64,000 bases of DNA from an uncultured Chloroflexia bacterium. GTDB taxonomy: Bacteria; Chloroflexota; Limnocylindria; QHBO01. The stretch is from the NCBI GenBank assembly GCA_963725885.1, contig CAVSAH010000003.1, positions 449,697 through 513,696 of the forward strand, read 5' to 3'. Shown one piece after another: positions 36,964-46,587 of this stretch; positions within the stretch are counted from its first letter, which is position 1, and each line of letters opens with the position of its first letter. Under the pieces are notes generated by a model, which was not told the origin of the DNA, searched no databases, and saw only the letters and a program-made list of their open reading frames with translations. The position numbers were made by a program, and so were the translations under genes.

Positions 36964-37038
36964 GCCGAAGTAGCTCAGGGGTAGAGCAACGGTTTCGTAA
37001 ACCGTCGGTCGTGGGTTCGAATCCCACCTTCGGCTCCA
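36964..37038 (+). tRNA. tRNA-Thr (anticodon CGT), CCA encoded
   Basis: Hand-folded cloverleaf: acceptor GCCGAAG/CTTCGGC, D arm GCTC-AGGGGTA-GAGC, anticodon arm ACGGT-TTCGTAA-ACCGT, T arm GTGGG-TTCGAAT-CCCAC, discriminator T, then CCA. Confidence 0.9.
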
Positions 37039-37056
37039 GCCATCCGGCCGCCCGAC

Positions 37057-37839
37057 TCAGGGCGAGGACTCGAGCCTCTCCTGGAGGTCGATGATCGGCT
37101 GTTGGCTGGTCTGGATGAGGCCCTCGGCCGGTCGGTCGAGATCGATCACGAGCCACAGGGTTGCGCCCAGTGAGATGACGAGCACCGTCGCGATGACCGG
37201 GCTGCGTTTTCCGGTGAGGCCGGCGTTGTAGCCGACCAGCCCGAGGCTCAGGATGACGCCGGCGACGAGAAGCCAGAGGATCGTGGGGGGCACCCGGGCA
37301 TAGACACCGGCGACGACCCGTGACTCGTGCAGTTCGATCACCTCGTTCAGAGACTCGATGAACAGCGCGGTGACATCCGACGGGTTGGTGCGTGCCTCGT
37401 CCTCGGCGATGGTCCACATCAACGCCTGGAGCCCCTCCGACTCGGCGATGTTGCTCGCCAGCTGGGCACGGTCCGAGGTGCCGATGCGCAGCGGGACGTA
37501 CTCCCGTATCAGGTCCTGCATCTCCGAGGCGTTCGGCTCGGACAGATAGCCCGCTCGCAGATAGGTCGTCCCCAGCGCATTCGCCTCGGCGAGCACAAGC
37601 CCTCGACGGTTGTCGTAGCGGTCGGATGCCATGCCCATGGTGATGGCGAGAAGGAAGGCCATGAGCGCGAGGATCGATCCGACGATCATCCCCGTCGGGC
37701 CTTCATCCGCCGTCGCCGCCGCCGTCTTGTGCGTTCGCTGCCCGAGTCGGAAGCCGATCTCATACGCGACGAGGTTGATCAGGACGAAGATCGCGACGAA
37801 CAGGAAGACCGGGATGTCGTCGAGGGGCTGCTGAGACAT
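37057..37839 (-). CDS. Membrane protein, DUF4239-like
   Basis: 260 aa from MSQQPLDDIPVFLFVAIFVLINLVAYEIGF... TM helices at both ends flank a soluble core (..NRRGLVLAEANALGTTYLRA..LNEVIELHESR..). The track ORF to 37995 is a read-through. Confidence 0.55.
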   Translation of the reverse strand: MSQQPLDDIPVFLFVAIFVLINLVAYEIGFRLGQRTHKTAAATADEGPTGMIVGSILALMAFLLAITMGMASDRYDNRRGLVLAEANALGTTYLRAGYLSEPNASEMQDLIREYVPLRIGTSDRAQLASNIAESEGLQALMWTIAEDEARTNPSDVTALFIESLNEVIELHESRVVAGVYARVPPTILWLLVAGVILSLGLVGYNAGLTGKRSPVIATVLVISLGATLWLVIDLDRPAEGLIQTSQQPIIDLQERLESSP

Positions 37840-37916
37840 CGAGCTAGCCTGTCGGGCCTCCGGCCGGTGGACCGGCCGGCGGGGGGACATCCTCGTGGGG
37901 CTCAGGCGGCGGCGCG

Positions 37917-38916
37917 TCAGCCGCCTGCCGCAGCACCCGCGGCCGCGGCCCCTCCGGCACCGCCGGCGGGCGGCGGCGTGCGCGTTCGCGCCCACAGCGC
38001 GTACGCCGCCGCGCCGAGCGCGCCGAGGCCGAGCACCGCGAGCCAGGTCAGGTTCCCGCCGCCATCCTCGTCGGTCGAATCACTGGGCGCGGGCGTCGGT
38101 TCGGCCGACACGCTCGCACTCGCCGAGGCGCTGGCTGATGCACTCGGTGTCGGAGAGGCGGTCGGCGACGGCGAGGGGGAAGCTGTTGGGCTCGGCGAGG
38201 GCGACGCAGTCGGAGATGGCGACGCAGTCGGGCTGGCCGCGGGGGTCGGAGAAGGCGAGGCCGTCGGCGTCGGGCTGGGCGTGGCCGTGGGCGTCGGCGT
38301 TGGGCTCGGTGTGGGGGAGGCCGTCGGACCGTCGGCGTCGGCCGGTCGGCGTCGGCTCGGCGGTCGGCGTCGGCGCGACACTCGGCTCCGCGCTGGCCGG
38401 CTCACTCGCCGGCTCGCTCGGCGCGGAGCTCGCCGACGGCGAGGCCGATGGGCAGTCGATGCGCGTGTCGTCGACAGCCGCGACGAACGCGTCGATCGCG
38501 TCCGAGGCGACCTGGACCTGGCCCATGGCCTCGCTCACCGCCTCGGGATCGCCGGACTCGATGGACGAGCGCAGGGCATCGGTCGCGAGCCCGGTGGCGT
38601 CGAGGGCGGCCTGGAAGAGGCGTCGCGGCACTGCGCCGACCTCGTCATCGGATGCCGCGTCGAGCGCTTCCTGTCCGTCGGCAGCGGTCTGGTCGAGCCG
38701 GTCAAGGGCCTCGAGGGCGGCGGAGTTGTCGGGAGTGCCGGCCTCGGCGACCTGCTCCGGATCGAGCGCCAGCAGCGCCTCGAGGTCCACGGTGATGTCC
38801 GACGCGTACGTCGACAATCCGCACAGGGAAGTGCTGACGGTCCCGCAGGCAGCGAGCGTCAGCAGCAGCGTGAGCAGGATGATGGCGAGCGCACGGCTCG
38901 GGACTCGGGTCGGCAT
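37917..38916 (-). CDS. Putative lipoprotein with helical domain, long Pro/Thr/Ser/Ala linker and C-terminal TM anchor (1 frame break)
   Basis: [25 protein letters not shown] (lipobox), then an Ala/Asp/Glu-rich domain. After the break near 38335 come [37 protein letters not shown] and [24 protein letters not shown]. Confidence 0.6.
38082..38327 (-). repeat. Low-complexity coding repeat (Pro-Thr/Ser-Pro/Ala-Ser units)
   Basis: About 82 codons made almost only of P, T, S and A. Similar PT tracts occur at the pknB 3' end (about 48961-49075) and at 62860-62940. Confidence 0.7.
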
Positions 38917-38959
38917 CGCGGACCATCTTTTCACGGCCGCGCAAGAGCGGCGCCGGCGA

Positions 38960-40004
38960 TCAGCGCACGACGAGGTCCGGCGTGATGTCCTCCAGGGACC
39001 GGCAGCCCGGCGAGCGCCATCGACAGGGACAGCTCCTCGCGGAGGATCTCGATGACGCGCTGGACGCCCGCGGCTCCGTCCACGGCGAGGCCCCAGAGCG
39101 AGGGACGGCCGATGGCGACCAGGTCCGCGCCGAGTGCCAGACCCTTGAGGACGTCGATGCCTCGCCGGACGCCGCCGTCGACGACGAGGAGCGCCCGCCC
39201 GGCAGCGGCCTCGGCGATCTCGGGAAGCGCGTCCGACGCCGAGATCGCGGTGTCCAGCTGCCGTCCGCCGTGGTTGCTGATCCATACGCCGTCGCAGCCG
39301 GCCTCGACGGCGCGGACCGCATCGTCAGCGCGCAGCACGCCCTTGACGACGAGGGGGATCGGGCAGATCGATCGCAGCCAGTCGAGCTCCGCCCAGGTCG
39401 TGGTCGGCAGGACGATGAGCCCCGACTCCCCGACTGGCTGGTCCGGCGGGAGGTGCACGCCGAGATCGACCACGAAGCGGTTCCTCAGGTCGCGCTCGCG
39501 GTTGCCCGGGGTCGGGAGGTCGGCCGTCAGCACCAGCGCCGAGAATCCGGCCGCCACGGCGCGATCCACGAGATCGCGACAGGCGCCGCGGTCCGACGGC
39601 GCATAGAGCTGGAACCAGCGGACCCCGTCCGGGGCGGCGGCGGCCACTTCCTCCATCGGTGTCGATGAGACCGTCGACAGCGTGAAGGCGCCGCCGGCCG
39701 CAGCGGTGCCGCGGGCCGACGCGATCTCGGCGTCCGGATGGCTCAGCCGATGCATGGCGGTCGGCGCCACGACGATCGGGTGCGCGAGCGGGGCTCCGAA
39801 TGCCCGCGTCGACAGGTCGCGCTCGGCTACGTCGACGAGGACGCGCGGACGAAGGCGGATGCGCGTCCAGGCCGTGAGGTTGTCGGCGAGCGAACGCTCG
39901 TCGCCGGACCCGCCGGCCTGGTAGTCCCATGCGCCGGGCTCGACGATGGCACGAGCCAGCGGCTCGAAGTCGACGACGGTGATCGGCGCGGGAGCATCGG
40001 TCAT
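38960..40004 (-). CDS. FMN-dependent alpha-hydroxy-acid oxidase/dehydrogenase (LldD/glycolate oxidase family; 1 frame break near the 3' end)
   Basis: ..APTAMHRLSHPDAE..WFQLYAP.DR..VLTADLPTPGNRERD..PLVVKGVL..GVWISNHGGRQLD..LVVDGGVRRGIDVLKGLALGA..SLSMALAG, then in the next frame CRSLEDITPDLVVR*. Break near 39003. Confidence 0.85.
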
Positions 40005-40022
40005 GCGCGGCCGATCATGCCA

Positions 40023-40835
40023 CTAGGCGCAGCCAATCGGCGGGTCGGCTCGTGGCCAGCGCTCGACACCATCCTCAGTCACGACATACGCGGCTCGGTC
40101 GTCCGGGACGAACCAGAGCTCCTGGCCGTCCGCGGTTCGATACCCACTGAAGGTCGCATCGGCCGGAAGGTCGATGCCCTCGGCATACTCGGCCAGCAGG
40201 CCAGGGACGCCCGCGAAGACCCCTTCGGGGTCGCGCACATATTGGCGGTCGACCGTGCCCTCGGGCGTGGTGGTGTGCAGCATGCGGGCGCTCTCCCAGC
40301 CGCAGTGGCCGGGTCCCGCGATGTCGGTCAGGATCGCCCCCGTGGCCGCGTGGGTCCACACGCGTCTGCCGGGGCCGAGGTCCACCGACTGGCCGTACTC
40401 GGACGGGTCGCAGGTGCGCAGCTCGTCGATCGTGAACGCATCCCCGACGTGCTCGCTGAATCGGCCCGATATGACGATCACGACCTTGGTGCTGCCGTTC
40501 ACGCCGTAGGTGTAGACGGCCCGGGTCGCGTTCTCCCCCAGCTTCTCGTAGCCGTCGAGCGGGATGCCGAAGAGCATGGACTCCAGGAACGACGCGAACG
40601 CCTCGTCGGGCGTGGCGCCCGCTCCGGCAGGTCCGAAGTCGCCCGCTGATCCGCCCATCGGTGAGGCCGGCCCGTCACAGTCGAGCAGGTCGAGCGCCGA
40701 CTGAGCCACTGGCTCGCTGGGAGAGGCGGAACGGCTGGGAGGGCCGGGCGACGCGGTGGATCCGGGCGCGCTCGACCTGGGAGCGGCGCAGCCCGCCAGC
40801 AGCGCGATCAGGAAGAGTGAGCGCCCGAGTCGCAT
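40023..40835 (-). CDS. Putative lipoprotein, function unknown
   Basis: Intact 270 aa with signal and lipobox MRLGRSLFLIALLAGCAA. No recognised catalytic motif. Confidence 0.6.
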   Translation of the reverse strand: MRLGRSLFLIALLAGCAAPRSSAPGSTASPGPPSRSASPSEPVAQSALDLLDCDGPASPMGGSAGDFGPAGAGATPDEAFASFLESMLFGIPLDGYEKLGENATRAVYTYGVNGSTKVVIVISGRFSEHVGDAFTIDELRTCDPSEYGQSVDLGPGRRVWTHAATGAILTDIAGPGHCGWESARMLHTTTPEGTVDRQYVRDPEGVFAGVPGLLAEYAEGIDLPADATFSGYRTADGQELWFVPDDRAAYVVTEDGVERWPRADPPIGCA

Positions 40836-40876
40836 GCGGTCAGGACGCTCCGTGGACTGCCTCGGTTGCGAAGAGG

Positions 40877-41575
40877 TCAGGACTCCGAGGACTCTCCCGA
40901 GTCGCCATCTCCTGCCGTTTCGGCCTCTCCGCCCTCGGAGGGAGCGCCCTCGCCTTCCGCACCTTCGCCCTCAAGCTCCTCGCCCTCGGCAAGGACTGGC
41001 TCCTCCTCGACCTCAACCCTCGGCGGCACGACGGTCGCGATGAGGGTTTCCGCATCGGTGAGGATCTGGACCTTCTCGGGGTCGAAATCGAGATCGCTGA
41101 CGTGGATCGCGGCATCGAGCGTGTCGAGGCCGGAGACGTCGACGCTGATCTCGTGGGGGATGTCGGTCGGCAGGGCCTTCACGCGAACGCTCGACAGGTT
41201 GTGGAGCAGTGTGCCGCCGGTCTCCTCGACGGCCGGCGCCTCCCCGGTGAGCACGAGCGGTACATCGACCTCCATCTCGACCAAGAGGTTGACGAGCAGG
41301 TAGTCGACATGGATGGCCTGGCCGCTGAGCGGATGGCGCTGCACGCTCTTGATGAATCCAGAGGTCGTGCCCTTGGCGCCGGGGAGGTGGAGCTTCACGA
41401 CCGAGGTGCGGCCGGCCGCTCGGTACAGGGTCTCGAAGACCTTCGCCTCGACCTGCACGTTCGTGGAGTCCTCGCCGCGGCCGTACACGACGCCGGGCAC
41501 GATGCCGGCGCGACGCAGTCGCTTGTTTGCCTTGCCCTGCGCCTCACGCGCGTCGAGGATGAGCTCCAGGTCCAT
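40877..41575 (-). CDS. rplY: 50S ribosomal protein L25 / general stress protein Ctc with acidic tail
   Basis: 232 aa from MDLELILDAREAQGKANKRLRRAGIVPGVVYGRGEDS..VKLHL..IKSVQRHPLSGQAIHVDYLLV..LPTDIPHEISVDVSGL. The track ORF to 41764 is a read-through. Confidence 0.88.
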   Translation of the reverse strand: MDLELILDAREAQGKANKRLRRAGIVPGVVYGRGEDSTNVQVEAKVFETLYRAAGRTSVVKLHLPGAKGTTSGFIKSVQRHPLSGQAIHVDYLLVNLLVEMEVDVPLVLTGEAPAVEETGGTLLHNLSSVRVKALPTDIPHEISVDVSGLDTLDAAIHVSDLDFDPEKVQILTDAETLIATVVPPRVEVEEEPVLAEGEELEGEGAEGEGAPSEGGEAETAGDGDSGESSES

Positions 41576-41771
41576 GAGTGACGGTGATCCTCTCTGAGTG
41601 TCCGGCGCCTCTGTCGCACGGCCGCAACGGCCAACGACGGGCAGCATCGGTCGGGCTGGTGCGCCTGGTGGATGCGAGGCGGAATGGTACCCCGAGGCGA
41701 CCGAGCGGGCAACCGGGCGGCGGCGAGCCACGACGCCGGCCGCAGTGACGGCCGCATCGGCCATGCGTTCC

Positions 41772-41777
41772 TATACT
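41772..41777 (+). promoter_or_regulatory. -10 element TATACT 7 nt upstream of the response-regulator ATG (leaderless)
   Basis: gttccTATACTggcgcggATG. Confidence 0.4.
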
Positions 41778-41784
41778 GGCGCGG

Positions 41785-42483
41785 ATGGCAGGCACGATCA
41801 TGATCGTTGAGGACGAGCCCGCGGTGGCGCGTGGGGTCCAGGTCGCCCTCGAGCGCGAGGGGTACACCGTCACCGTGCAGCCGACCGGGGAGGACGCGCT
41901 CGCCAACTTTGCGGACGCTGCTCCCGACCTCGTCGTCCTCGACGTGCGGCTCCCCGGCATCGACGGGTTCGAAGTGCTGCGGCAGCTGAGGCGCGAGAGC
42001 CGCGCCCCGGTCCTGTTCCTCACCGCGCGGGCCGACGAGGTCGACAAGGTCGTCGGCTTGGAGATGGGCGCCGATGACTACCTCGTCAAGCCGTTCCACC
42101 TGCGGGAGCTGGTGAGCCGGATCAAGGCGCTCCTGCGACGTGCATACGGCGAGCTGGCCGACACCCAGACCGGGCGAACCATCCGCCGCCAGGACCTGGT
42201 GATCGACCTCGAGCGCCGGCGCGTCACGCGCGACGGCGAACGGATCGCGCTGACCACGACCGAGTTCGACCTGCTCCGCCACCTCGCGGCGCGGCCCGGG
42301 CGCGTCTACACGCGGGCCGAGCTCCTCGAGCTGGTCCGCGACTACGACGATGCCCTGGAGCAGGACGAGCGGACGATCAACGTCCACATCAGCCACATCC
42401 GCGACAAGGTGGAGCCGGATCCGTCCCAACCGCGCTACATCCGCACGGTCAGGGGCGTCGGGTATGCCTTCGCCGAAGACTGA
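41785..42483 (+). CDS. OmpR/PhoB-family response regulator
   Basis: Intact 232 aa: IMIVEDEPAV..DLVVLDVRLPGIDGFEVL..LFLTARADEVDKVVGLEMGADDYLVKPF..LTTTEFDLLRHLA..IRTVRGVGYAF. Confidence 0.92.
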   Translation: MAGTIMIVEDEPAVARGVQVALEREGYTVTVQPTGEDALANFADAAPDLVVLDVRLPGIDGFEVLRQLRRESRAPVLFLTARADEVDKVVGLEMGADDYLVKPFHLRELVSRIKALLRRAYGELADTQTGRTIRRQDLVIDLERRRVTRDGERIALTTTEFDLLRHLAARPGRVYTRAELLELVRDYDDALEQDERTINVHISHIRDKVEPDPSQPRYIRTVRGVGYAFAED

Positions 42484-44051
42484 CGGTCCCGGGCCGACGG
42501 CCGCGTCGCGCTGGGAGCGCTACGACCCGCGCAGCACGGCGGCGCTGATCCAGCGGCTCAACGTCCGGCTCGTGCTGATTCTGTCGCTGGTGGCGCTGAT
42601 CGGGCTCATCGTTTCTGGCGTCGCGATCACGCAGATCCTGCCGGGCTACTTCACCGAGCAGACCCAGGAGCGCATCCAGTTGGCCGCCGACTCGACCGGC
42701 ATCCTCCTGCGTGACCAGGTGAACCGCGCCGGTGAGCAGCAGCCGAACGTGGTGATGACCCCCGAGCTGCGCGACACCATCGTCGTCCCCGAGGTCGCGG
42801 AGTTCGCAGCCAGCGCCTTCAACGCGACGGTGTCGATCATCAACGAGGAGGGGAGGGCGGTGGTCACCGCCCCTCCCGCGGACATGGACCGGCTCAGGGC
42901 CGAGGGGCTCCGGCGCGACACGACTGTGGAGCCGGCGCGGGCCGGAGTTCCGGTGCCGCTGCCCGACGGATCACAAACCGCTTACCTGATCGTCGTGAGC
43001 GACCCGTTCACCAGCCGGGCCGAGACCCTCGAACAGATCCGCGGTGCCCTCCTCTTCGGCGGATGGCTGGCCCTGCTCGTCTCGCTCATCGCCGGGATCA
43101 TCGCGGCACGCGGGGTGACGGTGCCGATCAGCCGCCTTCGCGGCGTTGCGCGCAGCCTCGGCCACGGGGAGCTCGACGAGCGAGCGGTTCCGTCGGGGGT
43201 GCTCGAGATCGACGAGCTCGGGCAGCAGTTCAACGTCATGGCCGACCGGCTGTCGGGCACGCTCCGCATGCTCGAGGCCGATCGTGATCGGCTGCGCGAG
43301 TTCGTCGCCGACGTCAGCCACGAGCTCCGAACCCCGATCGCCGCGCTCCGGATGTACAACGAGCTCGGATCGACCGAGATGGACGAGGCGACCCGCACAC
43401 GAGCTCCATGAACGATCGATCGAGCAGATCGGGCGGCTCGAGTGGCTCAGCACGAACCTGCTGGACCTCTCGCGCATCGACGCGGGCATCTTCCCGCTCG
43501 ACATGCAGACCGGTGACCTGCGAGACCCGGTGCAGGCTGTCGTCCAGGCGCTCTCCGAAGAGGCGCTCGCTCGTGGGATCGGCCTCGACTCGGTCGTGCC
43601 GGCGCGCCCCGTCGAGCTGCACTTCGATCGGGAGCGCATCGTGCAGCTCATGACCAACCTCGTCGGGAACGCGCTGAAGTTCACGCCGCGCGCTGGTGGC
43701 GTATCGGTCCACATGGAGGACCGCACGGACGAGGTCGAGATCCTCGTGCGCGACACCGGACCGGGCATCCCCGCCGACGAGCTGCCGCACATCTTCGAGC
43801 GCTTCTACCGCGGCACGAACACCGGCGAGGCGCGCGCGTCGGGAAGCGGCCTCGGGCTGGCGATCGCGCAGTCGATCGTGGACATGCATGCGGGCACAAT
43901 CGAGGTGGCCAGCGAGATCGGTCGAGGCACCGAGTTCCGCATCCTGCTGCCACGCGGCCACGTCGAGGCGGAGGCGGCCGCAGGGCCAGCCAATGTCAAC
44001 GAAACTTCACGCGGCAGCCGTCCGGCGCGCAACCCGGGGACCGTAGCGTGA
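42464..44051 (+). CDS. Sensor histidine kinase (HAMP-HisKA-HATPase; 1 frame break)
   Basis: The ATG overlaps the RR gene by 20 nt. Two TM segments; HAMP region ..PISRLRGVARSLGHGELDER; H-box FVADVSHELRTPIAAL. After the break near 43397: HELHERSIEQIGRLEWL..LVGNALKFTP..VRDTGPGIP..FERFYRG..GSGLGLAIAQSIV. Confidence 0.88.
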
Positions 44052-44067
44052 TCGCAGCCCGCCCGGC

Positions 44068-45328
44068 GTGGCAAGCGAGAGGACCCAGCGAATTCACATG
44101 ACCGATACAGACCCGACCCAGCCAATCGAAGTCCAGCGCTACGGAGCATCCCCTGCGCGGGATCCGTACCAGGCGCCACCCCAGCCGACGTGGGCCTCTC
44201 CGCCTCCGAGCCGGCCCGCAACGCGACGCGGTGGCCTTGGCGCTGCGCCGATCGTTGCCATCGCCGTCGTGGCGGGCATCGTCTCCGGCGGCCTCACCGC
44301 CGTCGGCGTCTCGAATCTCATGGGCACCCCGGTCGCGGCCCCGGTCGACACCACCAGCCAGGGCTCGACGGTCTCCGACGTCACGCTCGACGAGTCGAGC
44401 GCGGTCATCAGCGCGGTGGCCAGGGTGGCGCCGGCCGTCGTGACGATCCAGGCCACCATCAGCGGCTGGGGGCAGCGGGAGCGGCTCGGGTGTGATCTAC
44501 GACGCGAATGGCTTCATCCTGACCAACCGCCACGTCGTCGAGGACGCGACGAGCCTCAACGTCGTGCTCGATGACGGCCGGGAGTTCACCGGCACCGTGT
44601 ACGGCATCGACCCGTTGACCGACCTCGCCATCGTCACGATCGAGGGCAGCGACCTGCCGTTCGCGCCGATCGGATCGTCCGCGGCGCTCGAGCCGGGCCA
44701 GGTGGCGATCGCCATCGGCAACCCGCTGGGCGACTACGAGAACACCGTCACCACCGGCGTCGTGTCGGGGATCGGACGCCAGATCGTGGCCTCCAACGCG
44801 GCACAGACCAGCAGCGACGTCCTGCGCAACCTGATCCAGACCGATGCGGCCATCAACCCCGGGAACTCCGGTGGCCCGCTGGTCAACAGCGCCGGCCAGG
44901 TCATCGGCGTCAACACCGCGATCAACGAGGACGCCGAGGGCATCGGCTTCTCGATCCCGATCGACGTGGCCCGACCGATCATGGACCAGGCCGTCGCGGG
45001 CGAGGAGCTCGTGCGCCCCTGGATCGGCGTCTACTACACCCCGCTCACGCCGGCACTGGCCGACGAGAACGGCGTCGATGTCGACTACGGCGCGCTGGTC
45101 GGGACCAACGACGGCTCTGATGCGGTCTTCCCCGGAAGCCCGGCCGAGGAAGCCGGCCTCGAGGCCGGCGACGTCATCACCGCGCTGAACGGTGAGCCGA
45201 TCGGCGCCGACACCGACCTTTCGATGGCGATCCTCCCCTACGGGCCGGGCGACACGATCACCCTCACCGTCCTGCGGGGCGCTCAGACCATCGAGATGGA
45301 CGTCACCCTCGGTCAGCTACCCGACTAG
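44068..45328 (+). CDS. htrA: HtrA/DegP-family serine protease with PDZ domain (1 frame break; start GTG 44068 or ATG 44098)
   Basis: An N-terminal Pro-rich region and TM (IVAIAVVAGIVSGGLTAV), then after the break near 44470: GSGVIYDANGFILTNRHVV..DLAIVTIEG..IQTDAAINPGNSGGPLVN (catalytic Ser)..GIGFSIPI..PGSPAEEAGLEAGDVITALNG. Confidence 0.88.
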
Positions 45329-45735
45329 GACCGAGCGTCTGGCTGCACCCGGCGGCGCGTGATCGATACCTCGACGGTGTCGAGCGCGCCGCCGATCGGT
45401 GCCTCCGGCTTGCGGACGCGAACCTCGACGGACGCAACGATGGCGCTGTCCGTCGCGGCAAGCGCCTCGGCTGCGATCGCTCCGGCGAGCGCCTCGATGA
45501 GGTCGAAGCTGCGGCCGGTCACGACGCCGGCCACCCGTTCGTACAGCGCCGCGTAGTCGACAGTTCGCGCGAGGTCGTCGGATGCCGCTGCCGCCGCCAG
45601 GTCGGCGTGGAGGACGAGGTCGACCTCGAACCGCTGAGGCTGCTGCTTCTCCACCGGGAGCACCCCGTGGCGTGCGACGAAGCGCATGCCGAGGAGGCTG
45701 AGCCGATCGCGCATTGCGTCCGCGGGCTCGTTCAT
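45325..45735 (-). CDS. folB: Dihydroneopterin aldolase
   Basis: Intact 136 aa: DRLSLLGMRFVARHGVLPVEKQQPQRFEVDLVL..DDLARTVDYAALY..FDLIEALA..VRVRKPEAPI. ATGA overlap with folP. Confidence 0.85.
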   Translation of the reverse strand: MNEPADAMRDRLSLLGMRFVARHGVLPVEKQQPQRFEVDLVLHADLAAAAASDDLARTVDYAALYERVAGVVTGRSFDLIEALAGAIAAEALAATDSAIVASVEVRVRKPEAPIGGALDTVEVSITRRRVQPDARS

Positions 45736-46587
45736 CGGCGCACGATGGCGTCGGCGACGGCGCGAATGCGCGCCATCGGCGCGACGTCGTGGACCCGGAT
45801 GATGTCGGCACCGGCAGCGATCGCCAGGGCCGCGCTGGCGCCGCTTCCCTCGAGCCTGTCGTCGGGCGGTGCGCCCCCGAGGAGCTCGCCAAGGAATCGC
45901 TTGCGGCTCGTCCCGATGAGCAGCGGCCGATCACCGAGCGCGGCCTTCAGCTCCGCCAGCCGATGCAGGATCTGCGAGGTTGGCGGCCGTGCCCTTCCCG
46001 AACCCGATGCCCGGGTCGAACACGATGCGATCGGGTGCGACTCCGACCGCCTCCGCGGCCGATGCGGCGGTGAGGAGCCAGCGCACGACCGTGTCGAAGA
46101 CGCCGTCGGGGTAGGCGTCGCCCTCCTGGTTGTGGACGAGCACGAGGTGCGCGTTGGACTCGGCGGCGGCGGCTGCCGTGCCGGCGTCCCGTCGGCCGGC
46201 CCACACGTCGTTGACGATGGTCGCGCCGGCGGACAGCGCCGCGCGCGCCACCGAGCCCTTCGCGGTATCGATGCTCACCAGCGCGCGGTCTCCGAGCTCG
46301 TCGACGAGGGCCCTGACGACCGGCACCGCGAGCGCGGCCTCGCGCTCCGGGGTGATCGGCGCGTGGTCGCCATACGCGTTGCGCGGCCTGCTCGACTCGG
46401 CGCCGACGTCGAGGATCTCGGCGCCGGCATCGGCGAACTCGCGTGCCTGCTCCAGCGCCGCTGCGACGACCTGGTCGATGGGCCGATCATCCGCTGCCAG
46501 GCCGTCGCCCGAGAACGAGTCGGGCGTGACATTGACGATGCCCATGAGCCACGTCCGCTCGCCCCACGCCAGCTGCGGTGCCGTCAT
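45732..46587 (-). CDS. folP: Dihydropteroate synthase (1 frame break)
   Basis: MTAPQLAWGERTWLMGIVNVTPDSFSGDG..GAEILDVGAESSRP..VSIDTAKGSVA..IVNDV..IVFDPGIGFGKGTAANL, then in the next frame QILHRLAELKAALGDRPLLIGTSRKRFLG..IIRVHDV. Break near 45975. Confidence 0.9.

Noticed and set aside
37049-37064. Hairpin CGCCC-gactca-GGGCG after tRNA-Thr, considered as a possible terminator
   Set aside because: The stem is only 5 bp, there is no U tract, and it overlaps the stop codon of the convergent membrane-protein gene. It is too weak to call.
38082-38327. Short-period DNA repetition that could suggest a CRISPR or tandem-repeat array (also at 48961-49075 and 62860-62940)
   Set aside because: The periodicity is 6-12 nt, in frame, and encodes Pro/Thr/Ser/Ala linkers inside genes. 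There are no 25-40 nt repeats separated by unique spacers.
41576-41784. 209-nt gap between rplY and the response regulator, considered as a possible small RNA or L25 leader
   Set aside because: It contains small GC hairpins (GGCCGcaaCGGCC) but nothing I can match to a known RNA family. It cannot be supported without covariance-model searches.
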